NCBI GenBank assembly: GCA_963754925.1
Contig: CAVWHX010000006.1
Coordinates: forward strand, 96,001-160,000
Origin: an uncultured delta proteobacterium
GTDB taxonomy: Bacteria > Myxococcota > B64-G9
DNA length: 64,000 nt
Reading direction: 5' to 3'
This document shows positions 28,169-38,640 of this stretch, in pieces. Position 1 is the first letter of the stretch. Each line of letters begins with the position of its first letter. The translations under genes were made by a program, and so were the position numbers. The notes under the pieces are model-generated. The model ran no database searches, was not told the DNA's origin, and saw only the letters and a program-made list of their open reading frames with translations.

Positions 28169-28372
28169 TTATACCTCCAGCGAACGGAAATTATGAATAA
28201 ACTTCGCTCGGCGGCTTCTGAGAATGCGATCCACGATACTCGCGACCGAGTAGTCGTCATCGAGCGACGATACGTCCACAATGGCTGACACCAGATCGTA
28301 GAGCGAAGTTCTAAATTTCCTCGTGGGGACTGGGGATTGAAGTTTCGTGGTGATCTGTTTTGTCGGTTGCAT
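28169..28372 (-). CDS. Small hypothetical protein
   Basis: ATG 28372 after AAGGAG; sigma54 promoter upstream. Confidence 0.6.
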   Translation of the reverse strand: MQPTKQITTKLQSPVPTRKFRTSLYDLVSAIVDVSSLDDDYSVASIVDRILRSRRAKFIHNFRSLEV

Positions 28373-28429
28373 TGGCTTTTCTCCTTTCAGCCTTTGTTTG
28401 CCGCACCTACGGTTATATTCGTTAGGATT

Positions 28430-28445
28430 TGCAATACTGATGCCA
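28430..28445 (-). promoter_or_regulatory. sigma54 promoter
   Basis: TGGCA-TCAGTA-TTGCA. Confidence 0.7.
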
Positions 28446-28548
28446 AAAGACGGTATTCGTTGATTATTGATCGTGGGGTAATGGTTAAAGCTCAGGGCCC
28501 CCGTCAACGGTCCTTTATGCTCAGCAGTGAAAGAAAACTTTCAGGAGT

Positions 28549-29106
28549 TTATTGAGGTTGTCTTTTTCTTCGGTAGAAGTGCCAAAGCCATAGGATGACT
28601 CCGGCGGCGGCTATGCCTCCCATGACCTCGAGCTCGTAACGTTTGATATCGCCGAGCACGGTTTCGAGAGCGCTTCCAAAAAAATATCCTACGGCAGTAA
28701 AAATTACCGACCATAACGCTGCGCCTAAGATATTCAGCAGCACAAATTTGCGGGTGGGGAAACTGCTCATGCCTATTACAAATGGGGTGACGGTTCTAAG
28801 CCCATACAAGAATCTGAACAAAAGGATAATTAGTAATTGGTGGCGATCGAGTACGGCTTGAGCTCGAGCGACAGCCGGTCTCCAGGAGGGATGTTTGCTC
28901 ATAATGGCGTCGCTCCGGAGACGCCCTAACAAGAAAAAAACCTGATCGCCCAACGTGGTGCCGATGAATGCCATGAGAAGAACCAATGGCCATTTCAAAT
29001 ACCCTCGATGGGCGGCAAAACCGCCCAAGACAAGGATTGTTTCACCCTCGATGAATGTTCCGGCGAGAATCGCCCAATAACCGAAGGTCTGAATTAATGT
29101 TTCCAA
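28549..29106 (-). CDS. DedA family membrane protein
   Basis: EGET, GDQ..F.LGR, RFLYGLR. Confidence 0.92.
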   Translation of the reverse strand: METLIQTFGYWAILAGTFIEGETILVLGGFAAHRGYLKWPLVLLMAFIGTTLGDQVFFLLGRLRSDAIMSKHPSWRPAVARAQAVLDRHQLLIILLFRFLYGLRTVTPFVIGMSSFPTRKFVLLNILGAALWSVIFTAVGYFFGSALETVLGDIKRYELEVMGGIAAAGVILWLWHFYRRKRQPQ

Positions 29107-29163
29107 TGGCGTAAGGTATGACTAGATTGAAGCGATTCAGCTTTGTTAAAGGGGGGATAACGG

Positions 29164-29559
29164 TTAAGCCAACCGGATTGCCTTGCTATTTTCCCAGAGC
29201 CCATGAATGTTGCAGTAAGATACCGCGATCAGGGTGCCCGCTTGCGCTATCTTTACCGAGGTGTTTACCGAAGGATCAGTATAAACAGGTCCCGAGTTCG
29301 GCCCTTTGGTTGATTCTCCGTGGGCGTTAAAATTGTAGTGTCCGACCTCGTAAATGAACTTGTCTCCCTCAGGTTTGAAAAAAAGCGTGATCCGACGAAT
29401 ATGGTGTTCGGTGGTGTTGGGATGCGCTATTTGCTTTCCAACCGTTACATCGACTTTCAAAACCTCATTGGCTTTCACCGAGTCGTTGCACTCGATTACC
29501 GGCACGTGTTTTTCTGCCTTCCAATCCGCTGACTGAACCGATTCGCCGATTTTGGTCAT
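29164..29559 (-). CDS. Class II superoxide reductase (neelaredoxin-like)
   Basis: EKHVPVI, HPNTTEHHI, YCNIHGLWE. Confidence 0.9.
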   Translation of the reverse strand: MTKIGESVQSADWKAEKHVPVIECNDSVKANEVLKVDVTVGKQIAHPNTTEHHIRRITLFFKPEGDKFIYEVGHYNFNAHGESTKGPNSGPVYTDPSVNTSVKIAQAGTLIAVSYCNIHGLWENSKAIRLA

Positions 29560-29609
29560 AGAATTCCCTCCTGCGTAATGGTTTAGATTTTTTTACCCTT
29601 ACCGCGGAT

Positions 29610-29939
29610 TCAGTTAGTGCTTCGGTTAAACCCTAAAAGCTCACGCTCAGCTTCAAGCCAGTGTTCGACTTCGTGACCCAAGGGCCGCCCGCGCTCGTTC
29701 CAAATTTCATATGCCCTCTTGGAAATCTGTTCTGGTGTCGCTGATCGTGCACTGGTTGGCGCCGCTGCCCTCTTGGAAATTTGTTCTGGTTTCGCTGGTT
29801 GTGCACTGAGTTGCGCCAATTGCCGGTTCGTTTCAAATTCTTCAGGCGCAGCCGGACGATCAAAATTAGAGAGCTCTTTGTAGCTTTTCACTTGTTTTAG
29901 GTTCTTTTTTGTTGGGGAAGATTTGTTATTCTGCTGCAT
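29610..29939 (-). CDS. DUF2934 domain protein
   Basis: ISKRAYEIWNERGRP.G..VEHWLEAERE; internal PEQISKRA repeat. Confidence 0.85.
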   Translation of the reverse strand: MQQNNKSSPTKKNLKQVKSYKELSNFDRPAAPEEFETNRQLAQLSAQPAKPEQISKRAAAPTSARSATPEQISKRAYEIWNERGRPLGHEVEHWLEAERELLGFNRSTN

Positions 29940-30010
29940 GACAACGTCCTTTCGTTAATTCCTTGTTCATGCCCGCCTACACAGAACTACGTATTCAATC
30001 ACGCTTGGTT

Positions 30011-30026
30011 CGCAAATGGAATGCCA
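30011..30026 (-). promoter_or_regulatory. sigma54 promoter
   Basis: TGGCA-TTCCAT-TTGCG. Confidence 0.65.
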
Positions 30027-30307
30027 AAGTTCATGTTTTCAGAAGATTGTTGATTTCATTGTAGTTGGGTTTCCCCGGTATGGGAATGCACCCGTTTTGA
30101 ACGGTTCATTTTGATCTCAAGGTAGGTATTTCTGTAGCATTTTAGAACTCGAAGTCATTTGATGAAATGTTCGACCTGGATTGACAGGTTAGGTTTCGAT
30201 GCGCAGGTTACAAAATGAAAGGGACGTGCACCCGGAGGTGACGCCGGGGAACACGTACGAGGCAACGAGCGCTATGGGGTACTCAATTTCCTCAGGGAGG
30301 TGTAGTT

Positions 30308-30739
30308 ATGGAACTTACCGAATGTAAAGAAAACGAAGGCGTATCAAGACAACGTCGGGACATGAGTGTCTTGGATCGCTATTACGGTTGGCCTTTTTTT
30401 GACAATGACTGCATCAGTTTTACCCCGCCGTTGGAACTTATCGAGAACGAAGACGACTTTAGGGTGTTCGTTGAGCTGCCTGGTGTCGACGAAAAAGACG
30501 TAACGACAACCTGGTCTAATGGGAGATTGGTTATCAAAGGTGAAAAGAAATCAATGGCGGCGCGAGAGGAAGATCTTTGCTGTTGCTCCGAGCGCAACTT
30601 CGGTAGTTTTGAGCGGGTCTTGCCGATTTCTTCCGCTATCGATTCAGATCACATGACCGCTCATTTTACCCGGGGCGTTTTGGAGGTGATCCTCCCGAAG
30701 AAAGAAGAAGCCAAACCGAAAATCGTGAAAATTGAATAG
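30308..30739 (+). CDS. Hsp20/alpha-crystallin small heat shock protein
   Basis: ELPGV, IKGEKK, ERNFGSFER, GVLEVILPK. Confidence 0.92.
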   Translation: MELTECKENEGVSRQRRDMSVLDRYYGWPFFDNDCISFTPPLELIENEDDFRVFVELPGVDEKDVTTTWSNGRLVIKGEKKSMAAREEDLCCCSERNFGSFERVLPISSAIDSDHMTAHFTRGVLEVILPKKEEAKPKIVKIE

Positions 30740-31034
30740 GCGGGTTAGGGAAATGGCGAACGCATAGGGCAGGAACGGTGGAATCAGTTTTCGCCCTTCC
30801 TGCCCTATCGATTTCGGAGGCGTGGTCATGGAAGAAAATAATTGCATTTACCTGGTGCGTTGCTGTGATTCACGCGAGGCACCGGCAGTTTCTTCGGACT
30901 GTGGGATGAACGATCGGGTGGTCAAAGCGTGGCGGGGAACTACGCTGGGTAACCCGATTGGTCCGCCCTCAGAACCTGAGGTCGTCCCGGTGAAGGCATG
31001 CGAGGAGTAGGGTAGGAGGCTGCGGTTTCAAATT

Positions 31035-32015
31035 TCAACCTGAATCAGTCGGTAGGCCGCAAGCATCCCGAACCGTTCGCAATGTTTTTTGCGCCACGGC
31101 GCGGGCGTTACGGGCGCCCGCCGTGATAATTTTCTCAATTTCCTTTTCTCGTTGCATCCACTCTTCGTAGCGCTTCTTGGCCGGCTCGAACGTTGACAAA
31201 AATAACTCGATGAGACGTTCTTTAATTTCCTGGTAACTCACGCCGCCCTGTCGATAGCGACCTGCCCAAAGAGCTACTTCATCGGCATCGGCCATCGCAC
31301 GCATAAAGTCCATGAGGGAACTTTTATCCGGATCCTTGGGCTCAGAGGTCGGTGTTGAGTCGGTCACGATCGACATGAATCGATCCCTGGCTTCCTGTGG
31401 ATGGCAAAACAACGCTATGGTGTTGTGATGACTCTTGCTCATTTTACGCCCATCGATACCCGGAAGAGCGCTCGAGTTTTTGTTGATGATAGGCTCCGGC
31501 CGTACCAGGAAATTACTTTTGAAAACGTGGTTGAATTTAGCTTGGATATCCTGCGCCATTTCAATGTGTTGTTGCTGATCAGCGCCGACCGGGACAGCTT
31601 CCCCTTGGTAGATGAGAATATCGGCCGCCTGTAACATTGGATAGGAGAACAATCCATGCGTTGGATTCATTCCTCGCGCAAGGTTATCTTTATACGCGTG
31701 CGAACGCTTAAGAAGTCCGAGCGGCGTTACCGTTGAAAGAATCCAGGCCAACTCGGTTACCTCAGGAACGTCGCTCTGGCGGAAAAAAACGGTTCGATTG
31801 GGATCAAGTCCCAAGCCGAGGTACGCTGCGGCGATATCTCTCGTGTATTCGCTCAATTTTGATCGATCATGAAGGCTCGTCAATGCGTGATAATCTGCGA
31901 TAAAGTAGAAACATTCATGATTGGCTTCCTGCAATTCCAACTGTGGTCGGATCGCACCATAATAGTTTCCCAGATGTAACTTCCCCGAAGGTTGTATCCC
32001 GGATACAACTCTCAT
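31035..32015 (-). CDS. trpS: Tryptophanyl-tRNA synthetase
   Basis: SGIQPSG.LHLGNY, YPMLQAADIL, VPVGADQ.QH, KMSKS. Confidence 0.93.
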   Translation of the reverse strand: MRVVSGIQPSGKLHLGNYYGAIRPQLELQEANHECFYFIADYHALTSLHDRSKLSEYTRDIAAAYLGLGLDPNRTVFFRQSDVPEVTELAWILSTVTPLGLLKRSHAYKDNLARGMNPTHGLFSYPMLQAADILIYQGEAVPVGADQQQHIEMAQDIQAKFNHVFKSNFLVRPEPIINKNSSALPGIDGRKMSKSHHNTIALFCHPQEARDRFMSIVTDSTPTSEPKDPDKSSLMDFMRAMADADEVALWAGRYRQGGVSYQEIKERLIELFLSTFEPAKKRYEEWMQREKEIEKIITAGARNARAVAQKTLRTVRDACGLPTDSG

Positions 32016-32067
32016 CGAACTCTCCTAGCTACATGCTCTGTATTCTCAAAAATATATGCCAACGAAG

Positions 32068-32340
32068 CTACAGGTCAAACCGCTCGAAGCGATCCTTATC
32101 TGCTTTGCAGATTGGGCACTTGAGCGGCGGGTCGGGGCGCGCGCAGAGATAGCCGCAAACCTTACAGCGCCAAACCGGCGTGCTGCTGCCGGTTGTATAA
32201 TTCAACTCGTCCCATTTTTCCTTAAATCTCTCATACGTTTTCATGGCTTCTATTGAACTCATTGCGTTCTCCTGTGCAAGTCCTCCGGTCGCATCATTAA
32301 TGGGTTTTATATAACAGCCAGCTATTTGATTTACGCTCAT
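32068..32340 (-). CDS. Small rubredoxin-like protein (start uncertain)
   Basis: WRCKVCGY...PP.KCPICKA.K.RFE. Confidence 0.75.
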   Translation of the reverse strand: MSVNQIAGCYIKPINDATGGLAQENAMSSIEAMKTYERFKEKWDELNYTTGSSTPVWRCKVCGYLCARPDPPLKCPICKADKDRFERFDL

Positions 32341-32386
32341 TGAGTTTTATCTGCAACTTTCATTCGGTCGAAGACGCCAGACGTTT

Positions 32387-32402
32387 TGCAAACAAAATGC
32401 CA
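32387..32402 (-). promoter_or_regulatory. sigma54 promoter (rubredoxin-like/trpS)
   Basis: TGGCA-TTTTGT-TTGCA. Confidence 0.7.
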
Positions 32403-32456
32403 AACGGAACTGGGCGAGGCGTATTTTTCGAAGAACGGGCAAGGGGTATTTGACGG

Positions 32457-32472
32457 TGGCACATGTATTGCT
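32457..32472 (+). promoter_or_regulatory. sigma54 promoter (tal)
   Basis: TGGCAC-ATGTA-TTGCT. Confidence 0.75.
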
Positions 32473-32534
32473 TCAAAAAACTCGCGAGCTTTTTATTTGG
32501 GGAATTACTGCCGCCCATGGGGCGAGGTGCAAAA

Positions 32535-33659
32535 GTGAAGGTTAACCCTTTGAAGCTTCTGGAAACGCTTGGACAGTCCATTTGGCTTGACTATATCCGA
32601 CGGGATCTGATCAAAAGCGGCGAGCTACGGCGTTCGATAGAGGAGGATGGTCTGCGGGGAATGACTTCGAACCCGGCCATTTTTGAGAAAGCGATTGCCG
32701 GCAGCCGTGATTACGATGAAGACATTCGGAGCCTGACCTTTGAAGGAAAAAATATTGCGGCAATCTACGAGGCTCTCAGCATACGCGATGTGCAAAGCGC
32801 CGCCGATGAGTTCCGGCCTTTGTACGATACAACCGCCGGCAACGACGGCTATGTCAGTTTGGAAGTTAATCCGCACTTGGCGCATAACACCGACGGGACT
32901 ATCGAGGAAGCTCGCCGGCTTTGGGACCGTTTGAATCGACCGAATGTGTTCATCAAGGTTCCCGCAACCAGCGCAGGGTTGCCGGCCATCCGGCACCTCA
33001 TCGGCGAAGGGATCAACGTCAACATAACCTTGCTCTTTGGCTTGCCGCGCTATCGGCAGGTGACGGATGCCTACATCGCCGGCATCGAGACCCTCGCGGC
33101 CCGCAAGAACCCCCTCAGGCCGGTAGCCTCGGTGGCGAGTTTCTTTATAAGCCGTATCGATTCGCTGGTGGATCCCCTTTTGGAAAAAATCGTTGCCGCC
33201 GGGGGGAAAAAAGCTCAGATCGCCGCGAAACTGCGTGGACAGGTCGCCATTGCCAGCGCGAAAAAGGCCTACCAGATCTATAAGGAAGTCTTCGGCGCCG
33301 ATCGGTTTCGGAAACTTACGAGCCAGGGTGCACGTCCCCAACGGCTTCTCTGGGCCAGCACGAGCACCAAGAATCCAGGCTATAGCGACGTGAAATACAT
33401 CGAAGCGCTCATCGGGTCGGAAACTATTAATACCGTTCCCCCCGAGACCCTTGATGCGTACCGAGACCATGGGGATCCAAAAGCCCGCCTCGAGCAGGAT
33501 GTCGCAAACGCCGAGTGGGTGCTGAAACAATTATCCGAGGTCGGCATTAACATCGATGAGGTGACGCAACAACTTGAAGATGAAGGCGTCGATAAATTCA
33601 TAAAACCGTTCGACAAGCTTTTGGGGGCATTGGTCAACATCTCGCCACGGGAATGTTGA
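32535..33659 (+). CDS. tal: Transaldolase (long, type 2)
   Basis: GQSIWLD, GMTSNPAIF, VSLEV, IKVPAT, NITLLF, QRLLWAST; GAGGT RBS before GTG 32535. Confidence 0.93.
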   Translation: MKVNPLKLLETLGQSIWLDYIRRDLIKSGELRRSIEEDGLRGMTSNPAIFEKAIAGSRDYDEDIRSLTFEGKNIAAIYEALSIRDVQSAADEFRPLYDTTAGNDGYVSLEVNPHLAHNTDGTIEEARRLWDRLNRPNVFIKVPATSAGLPAIRHLIGEGINVNITLLFGLPRYRQVTDAYIAGIETLAARKNPLRPVASVASFFISRIDSLVDPLLEKIVAAGGKKAQIAAKLRGQVAIASAKKAYQIYKEVFGADRFRKLTSQGARPQRLLWASTSTKNPGYSDVKYIEALIGSETINTVPPETLDAYRDHGDPKARLEQDVANAEWVLKQLSEVGINIDEVTQQLEDEGVDKFIKPFDKLLGALVNISPREC

Positions 33660-34141
33660 AAAAGAATGAGAAAAGGAGGCTGTTCGCTATTTCGTCGTCG
33701 ACATGATAGGTTTTTTATCGGGGCACTGGGCGCTGGTTTCTCCTATCGACTGTGAGAAAATCGATTGAAAGACCCGGCAGTTTCATCTGGCGTCGACGCG
33801 GGAAAAGGTGAATAACAGCCCTGAATGGAGTCCGGGCATGCCGGTGAATCGAGAATACAAAAAGCGTCTGTTTGATTATTATTCTCTATCAGGATACCTA
33901 TGCGATCAGGGCGGCATGCGCGCTGCATAGCTCAATCAAAAAAAAGGAACGTGCCGGTGGGGCAAGAAAGCGATGAGTTCTCTCATCGGGATACGTCGCC
34001 TATCAACTAACCCTGGTTCCGTAAGATGGCGTCCATGGTGTAATACAACTGACTACATAAGCGTTCACATTATTTCGCGATACCGGCCATAATTGATAGA
34101 TAGATTTGAGCTAGCAGGTCATTTTGGATGAGCGCAAGAAC

Positions 34142-35524
34142 CTACATTAACTGATAGATCTTTTTCTTTCGCTTGAGGGTAGTTATTGAAATACCCAATG
34201 CTTTTGAGGTCTTCGTGATGTTTCCAGAAAATTTGGCGAGCGTCCTGCGAATATGTTCCTTCTCTATTTCATCGAGAGTTACGACGGTTGGATCCGTGCT
34301 CGGTACACCCTGAAACGTTGCTGCTATCGTCGCGGCATGGTTGTTATGCGCACTGACAACCGCCGCATGTATTCCCTTGTCGAGAAGTTCTGACGGTCGC
34401 AACTCCGAACCACGATGGAGAATAAGCGTTCGCTCGAGGATGTTTCTAAGCTCACGCACGTTCCCCGGCCAAGAATACTCTTGCAATCTGCTCAGCTCAG
34501 CATCAAATATCTCGACTTCAAGGCCTTTGTTTAGTTTTTTTAGAAGATAGCGACAAAGTTCGGGAATATCGGCGCGGCGTTCTCGAAGCGGCGGAAGCGA
34601 AATTCTTATTACACTGATGCGGTAAAACAGGTCGTGGCGAAAAGTTTTTCCGAGTGATTTTTCTAGGTCGGAATTTGTCGAGGTAATCACCCGGACCTCG
34701 ATCGGCCGCGTTGATTCACTGCCGAGCCGGCGCACCTGTTTGTCATCGAGGACCCCGAGAAGTTTCGTCTGAAGGTGCAGAGGCATTTCTCCAAGTTCGT
34801 CGAGCAGCAGCGTGCCTCCTTCAGACAACTCGAAGATGCCTTTTTTGGCCGTGACCGCGCCGGTAAATGCTCCCTTCTCATGGCCGAACAGCTCGGCCTC
34901 GATCAAATGTTCGGGGATGGCCGCGCAGTTAATGCTGATGAACGGCGCGGTTCTCAGGGGGCTTTGATAGTGAATCGCCCGTGCAACAAGATTTTTTCCG
35001 GTTCCGGTCTCCCCGGTGATTAACACCGGGGAGTCAGATGTCGCCGCGAGTTCAATCAGTTTGAGCGTTTCTCTGAGACCCTCGCCGCCGAAAATGGCGG
35101 CCTCTTCAGATTCCTTTTCTGTCAAAATCGTGAAGCATTCGGCGGTCTTCTTCTGACTTATCGCTCGCTCCACGGCCAAAGGGAGAATTTTCAAATAATT
35201 TCTGTCGATGTCTTTTATTAAGTAATCGGATGCGCCGGCCTTCATCGCCCTAACGGCCACTTCCTCATTGCCGGCGCCGGTGGTAATGATGGTTTGGATG
35301 TCCAGCTTCTGATTGAGGATGTCAAAAACATCACCATCGCCGAGGTGGTAATCGGCCACGATGATATCGAAGGATCCGGTTTTTAGGATTTTTTTTGCCT
35401 CGTGAACCGATGAAGCAATCGTGCAGGAGAACGGCAACTGTTGCTCTTCAACGAAACGCTGGAAAGCAATCTGGTCGACCCGGTCATCCTCTATGAGCAA
35501 TAGCTTGATGTTTTTCATGGGCAA
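34142..35524 (-). CDS. Sigma54-dependent response regulator (NtrC family)
   Basis: Receiver domain, GETGTGK, GAFTGA, WPGNVREL, Fis-type HTH. Confidence 0.95.
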   Translation of the reverse strand: MPMKNIKLLLIEDDRVDQIAFQRFVEEQQLPFSCTIASSVHEAKKILKTGSFDIIVADYHLGDGDVFDILNQKLDIQTIITTGAGNEEVAVRAMKAGASDYLIKDIDRNYLKILPLAVERAISQKKTAECFTILTEKESEEAAIFGGEGLRETLKLIELAATSDSPVLITGETGTGKNLVARAIHYQSPLRTAPFISINCAAIPEHLIEAELFGHEKGAFTGAVTAKKGIFELSEGGTLLLDELGEMPLHLQTKLLGVLDDKQVRRLGSESTRPIEVRVITSTNSDLEKSLGKTFRHDLFYRISVIRISLPPLRERRADIPELCRYLLKKLNKGLEVEIFDAELSRLQEYSWPGNVRELRNILERTLILHRGSELRPSELLDKGIHAAVVSAHNNHAATIAATFQGVPSTDPTVVTLDEIEKEHIRRTLAKFSGNITKTSKALGISITTLKRKKKIYQLM

Positions 35525-35530
35525 TAGTAG

Positions 35531-35944
35531 TCATGCCGGCAGTTCGGAAAGCGTCCAATAGGTGGTCAACGTGTCAATTAAATCAATGAACTGATGATAT
35601 TCTACAGGTTTTATCATATACCCAGCGACTCCCAGTTTGAAACATGCGGCCTTATCTTGCTCTTCCCGAGATGTTGTAAGCACAATAATTGGAATGAGTT
35701 TTAGCTCTTCGTCCTCCTTAACTCTTTTAAGAAATTCAATACCACTCAACCGTGGCATATTCAAGTCTAGAATAATGATGCAAGGTCTGGCGATCCGGTT
35801 GCCGCGGAGATGTGAAATTGCTGCTTCGCCGTCCGGGAAGATGTCTAATTGGTTGGTTATATTGAGATCCTTGAATGCTCGCTTTACCAGTATGTGATCA
35901 ACAACGTCATCTTCAAGCAGAAGTATCGGTCGCTTATCTCTCAT
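35531..35944 (-). CDS. Single-domain response regulator (Rcp1-like)
   Basis: LLEDD, LDLNMP, VLTTS, KP. Confidence 0.92.
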   Translation of the reverse strand: MRDKRPILLLEDDVVDHILVKRAFKDLNITNQLDIFPDGEAAISHLRGNRIARPCIIILDLNMPRLSGIEFLKRVKEDEELKLIPIIVLTTSREEQDKAACFKLGVAGYMIKPVEYHQFIDLIDTLTTYWTLSELPA

Positions 35945-35955
35945 GAATCGGTCTC

Positions 35956-38328
35956 TCAGTTTTGTAGGGTGAAGTAAAATGTGGCACCTCTGCCTAAGGA
36001 TGACTCAACCCAAATCTTTCCTTTATAGGTCTCCACTATCTTTTTTACTATAGCAAGGCCTATGCCAGTGCTCTCCATTTCATCGCGTGGTTGCAGGGTT
36101 TGGAATATTTTGAATATCTTTTCAAAATGTTTTGCGTCTATTCCGGGGCCATTGTCGGCCACATAAAATTTCAACTTACCGCCATCTCTGGTAGAACCAA
36201 TGTGGATCTCACCTTGTGGTTTGTCAATAAACTTCAAAGCGTTGCCTATGAGATTCTGAAAAATCTGTTGCAATCGTATCCGGTCGCCTCTGATGATCGG
36301 CAAGTGGTTATCAATAATAACGTTTATATGCGCAGGGGGGGAGGTTAAATCGATCACTTGGGAGATGACTTCATTAAGGTCAACGTTATCCGCCGTCTCC
36401 TCGGTCACCCGTCCGATTCTCGAGTACTGCAGGATGCCCTCGATGAGGTTATACATCCTCTTAACGCGTCCGACGAGTAAATCAAGTTGTTCGTGTCCCT
36501 CGGCATCTAACTTCTCCCGGTAATCGTTGGCGAGTATGCTGGCAAGGTTGGATATCGCCCTGAGGGGCGCCTTCAGGTCGTGAGAAACAACGTACGCGAA
36601 ATCACTGAGCTCGCGGTTGACCGTCTCCATTTGTTCGATTGCCCGGTTGAGGTCGCTGGTTCTTTCCTGAACGCGCGCCTCAAGTTCGTCGTAGGCGCGG
36701 CGCAGCATTTCCTCAGACTTCAGGTGTTCGGTCATGTCCCGGGCCGCCGCAAAGACGCCCATTACCTTCCCCGTGTCGTCTCGATACACGGTGGCGTTGT
36801 AGAGCACCGGAATTTTCTGTCCATGCTTGTGCCGTATATCGAGCGCATAGTCGCGCACGGTTCCTTCCCGGAAGACCTGCTGGTACCCTGCGCGAGCCTT
36901 CCGCGGCTCGGTGAAGTAGTCCGCGAAATCCGTGCCCAGAAGCTCAAGGCGCGGACAGCCGGTTATCGTCTCGGTCGCCTCGTTCACATCGGTAATCCGG
37001 CCGTCCGGGCCAATGGTCACCAAGGGATCGAGGCTCGCCTCGATCAGTCTGCGGTTGTAGGTTACCGCTATCTGCAACGCATGAACGGTTTTTGAAAGTT
37101 CCGCGGTCCTCTCGTAAACGCGCTGTTCAAGCTCCTCGCGCGATTGGCGCAACTCGGCGGCGATCCTCTCTTGTTCGGTTATGTTCTCCTTGAGGCGTTG
37201 GGTCATGAGGCCAAACGCCCTCGAGAACTGGCCGATTTCGTCATGAGCCTTGGTGGCGACATCATAGTCGAGGTTCCCGGCGCTAATAATCTCGGTGCTT
37301 TTTTGAAGCGCTTTGATGGGATTGGTAATGGATCGGGCTGCGAGAAACGCAGCCAGGAATCCCGCAATAGAGAGAAACGAACCAATCACGATCATGATGT
37401 TGCGAAGACTCATGATCGGCTCAAATGCCTCGGAGACGTCTATTTTAGAGACCAACCCCCAGCGGAGAAGTGGAATATACCGCCAGGCAGAAAGCACCTG
37501 GACGCCTCTATAGTCGTTTGTAATTCCAGAGCCGTTGAGTCCCAGCACCGCGTTCTGAATGGCAGAACCTTGAGTCCCACCGCCGATCGGTACCCGCACA
37601 TTCAACGCCGCATTTTGATCGGCTTTGACGGGAAACAGGAAGATAGCCTCATTGCCCGCCCGTTGGGCGATAACAACCTCGCCGGTTTCGCCCAGGCCGG
37701 TTGTGTTGATTATAAAGTTGCCGATGACTCCCATGTCTATCTGAAAAATAATCTCTCCGGCAAAATGGTCCTCCAAGTCGTTAATCGGCGCCGCGGCAAT
37801 GGTAATGATTTTTTCCGATGATGCCCCATGGCGTAGCACCTCGGAGAAGGCAAGGCCCGTTTTCGCATGTTCGAACACCTCTCTGTTTTCAATTGGCTTG
37901 CCGAGATAGAGGAGCTTATGGAGTTCGTTGGTCGCGTAAACAACGATGCCGCGCGTGTCCGTGAACATAATGTCATGGTAGCCAAATTGCTTCAAATAGG
38001 GTTTCATCTGTTCGTCGAACTCTTGAACCGCGGCGCGGTATTCTTGGCTTAGCGGATCGTTTTGATGGGCAACGATGGTCGGAAGGCGCCTTCTAACATT
38101 AAAGAAATGTATTGCGGCTAGAATATCGCTTCTGCGTTCATGAAAAAATGTTTCGATCTTGTCTTTTTTGAGATCCGCGATTGAATTGAGCTCGACCAGA
38201 CGGACCGTAAGCAAGGAATTCCGCGCCTCGATATAGCTCCAGGCTCCGAAGATAATCGCGGGCACAATGGCAAACACCACCAGGATGATGATGAGTTTTA
38301 TTCTAATGGACATCGACCATCTCCTCAA
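35956..38328 (-). CDS. Sensor histidine kinase (Cache-HAMP-PAS-HisKA-HATPase)
   Basis: Two TM, HAMP (DEIG), PAS, SHDLKAPL, DNGPGI, GIGLAIV. Confidence 0.93.
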   Translation of the reverse strand: MRRWSMSIRIKLIIILVVFAIVPAIIFGAWSYIEARNSLLTVRLVELNSIADLKKDKIETFFHERRSDILAAIHFFNVRRRLPTIVAHQNDPLSQEYRAAVQEFDEQMKPYLKQFGYHDIMFTDTRGIVVYATNELHKLLYLGKPIENREVFEHAKTGLAFSEVLRHGASSEKIITIAAAPINDLEDHFAGEIIFQIDMGVIGNFIINTTGLGETGEVVIAQRAGNEAIFLFPVKADQNAALNVRVPIGGGTQGSAIQNAVLGLNGSGITNDYRGVQVLSAWRYIPLLRWGLVSKIDVSEAFEPIMSLRNIMIVIGSFLSIAGFLAAFLAARSITNPIKALQKSTEIISAGNLDYDVATKAHDEIGQFSRAFGLMTQRLKENITEQERIAAELRQSREELEQRVYERTAELSKTVHALQIAVTYNRRLIEASLDPLVTIGPDGRITDVNEATETITGCPRLELLGTDFADYFTEPRKARAGYQQVFREGTVRDYALDIRHKHGQKIPVLYNATVYRDDTGKVMGVFAAARDMTEHLKSEEMLRRAYDELEARVQERTSDLNRAIEQMETVNRELSDFAYVVSHDLKAPLRAISNLASILANDYREKLDAEGHEQLDLLVGRVKRMYNLIEGILQYSRIGRVTEETADNVDLNEVISQVIDLTSPPAHINVIIDNHLPIIRGDRIRLQQIFQNLIGNALKFIDKPQGEIHIGSTRDGGKLKFYVADNGPGIDAKHFEKIFKIFQTLQPRDEMESTGIGLAIVKKIVETYKGKIWVESSLGRGATFYFTLQN

Positions 38329-38640
38329 CCGCGAGTATCAAAATGAACCTACTTCGCCAGCGCACTTCAATGAAAAAGCGAACTATCCTCGGTCGATTTG
38401 AGCGCGCTGTGGCATGGTCACCTACGCCCACGCTAGAAATATGCGTGACAAGTGAAGCTGAAGACTACCGCTACCTATTCAAACAAGTCAAACTTCGGCA
38501 AACTGAGACACCACCCAATTCTTCCCGATCATTGACCGGGTTGAATCTCTTTTAAGTAACCGCTGCAGGAAATTAAGGAAGTAGAAAATCGAAAGCGCGC
38601 AAGCTTCTCGATGGGCTATGAGACAACGGCATACGCCTAA

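Noticed and set aside
33660..34140. 480-bp intergenic region between convergent tal and the regulator
   Set aside because: No convincing ORF, repeat or RNA structure recognisable by eye
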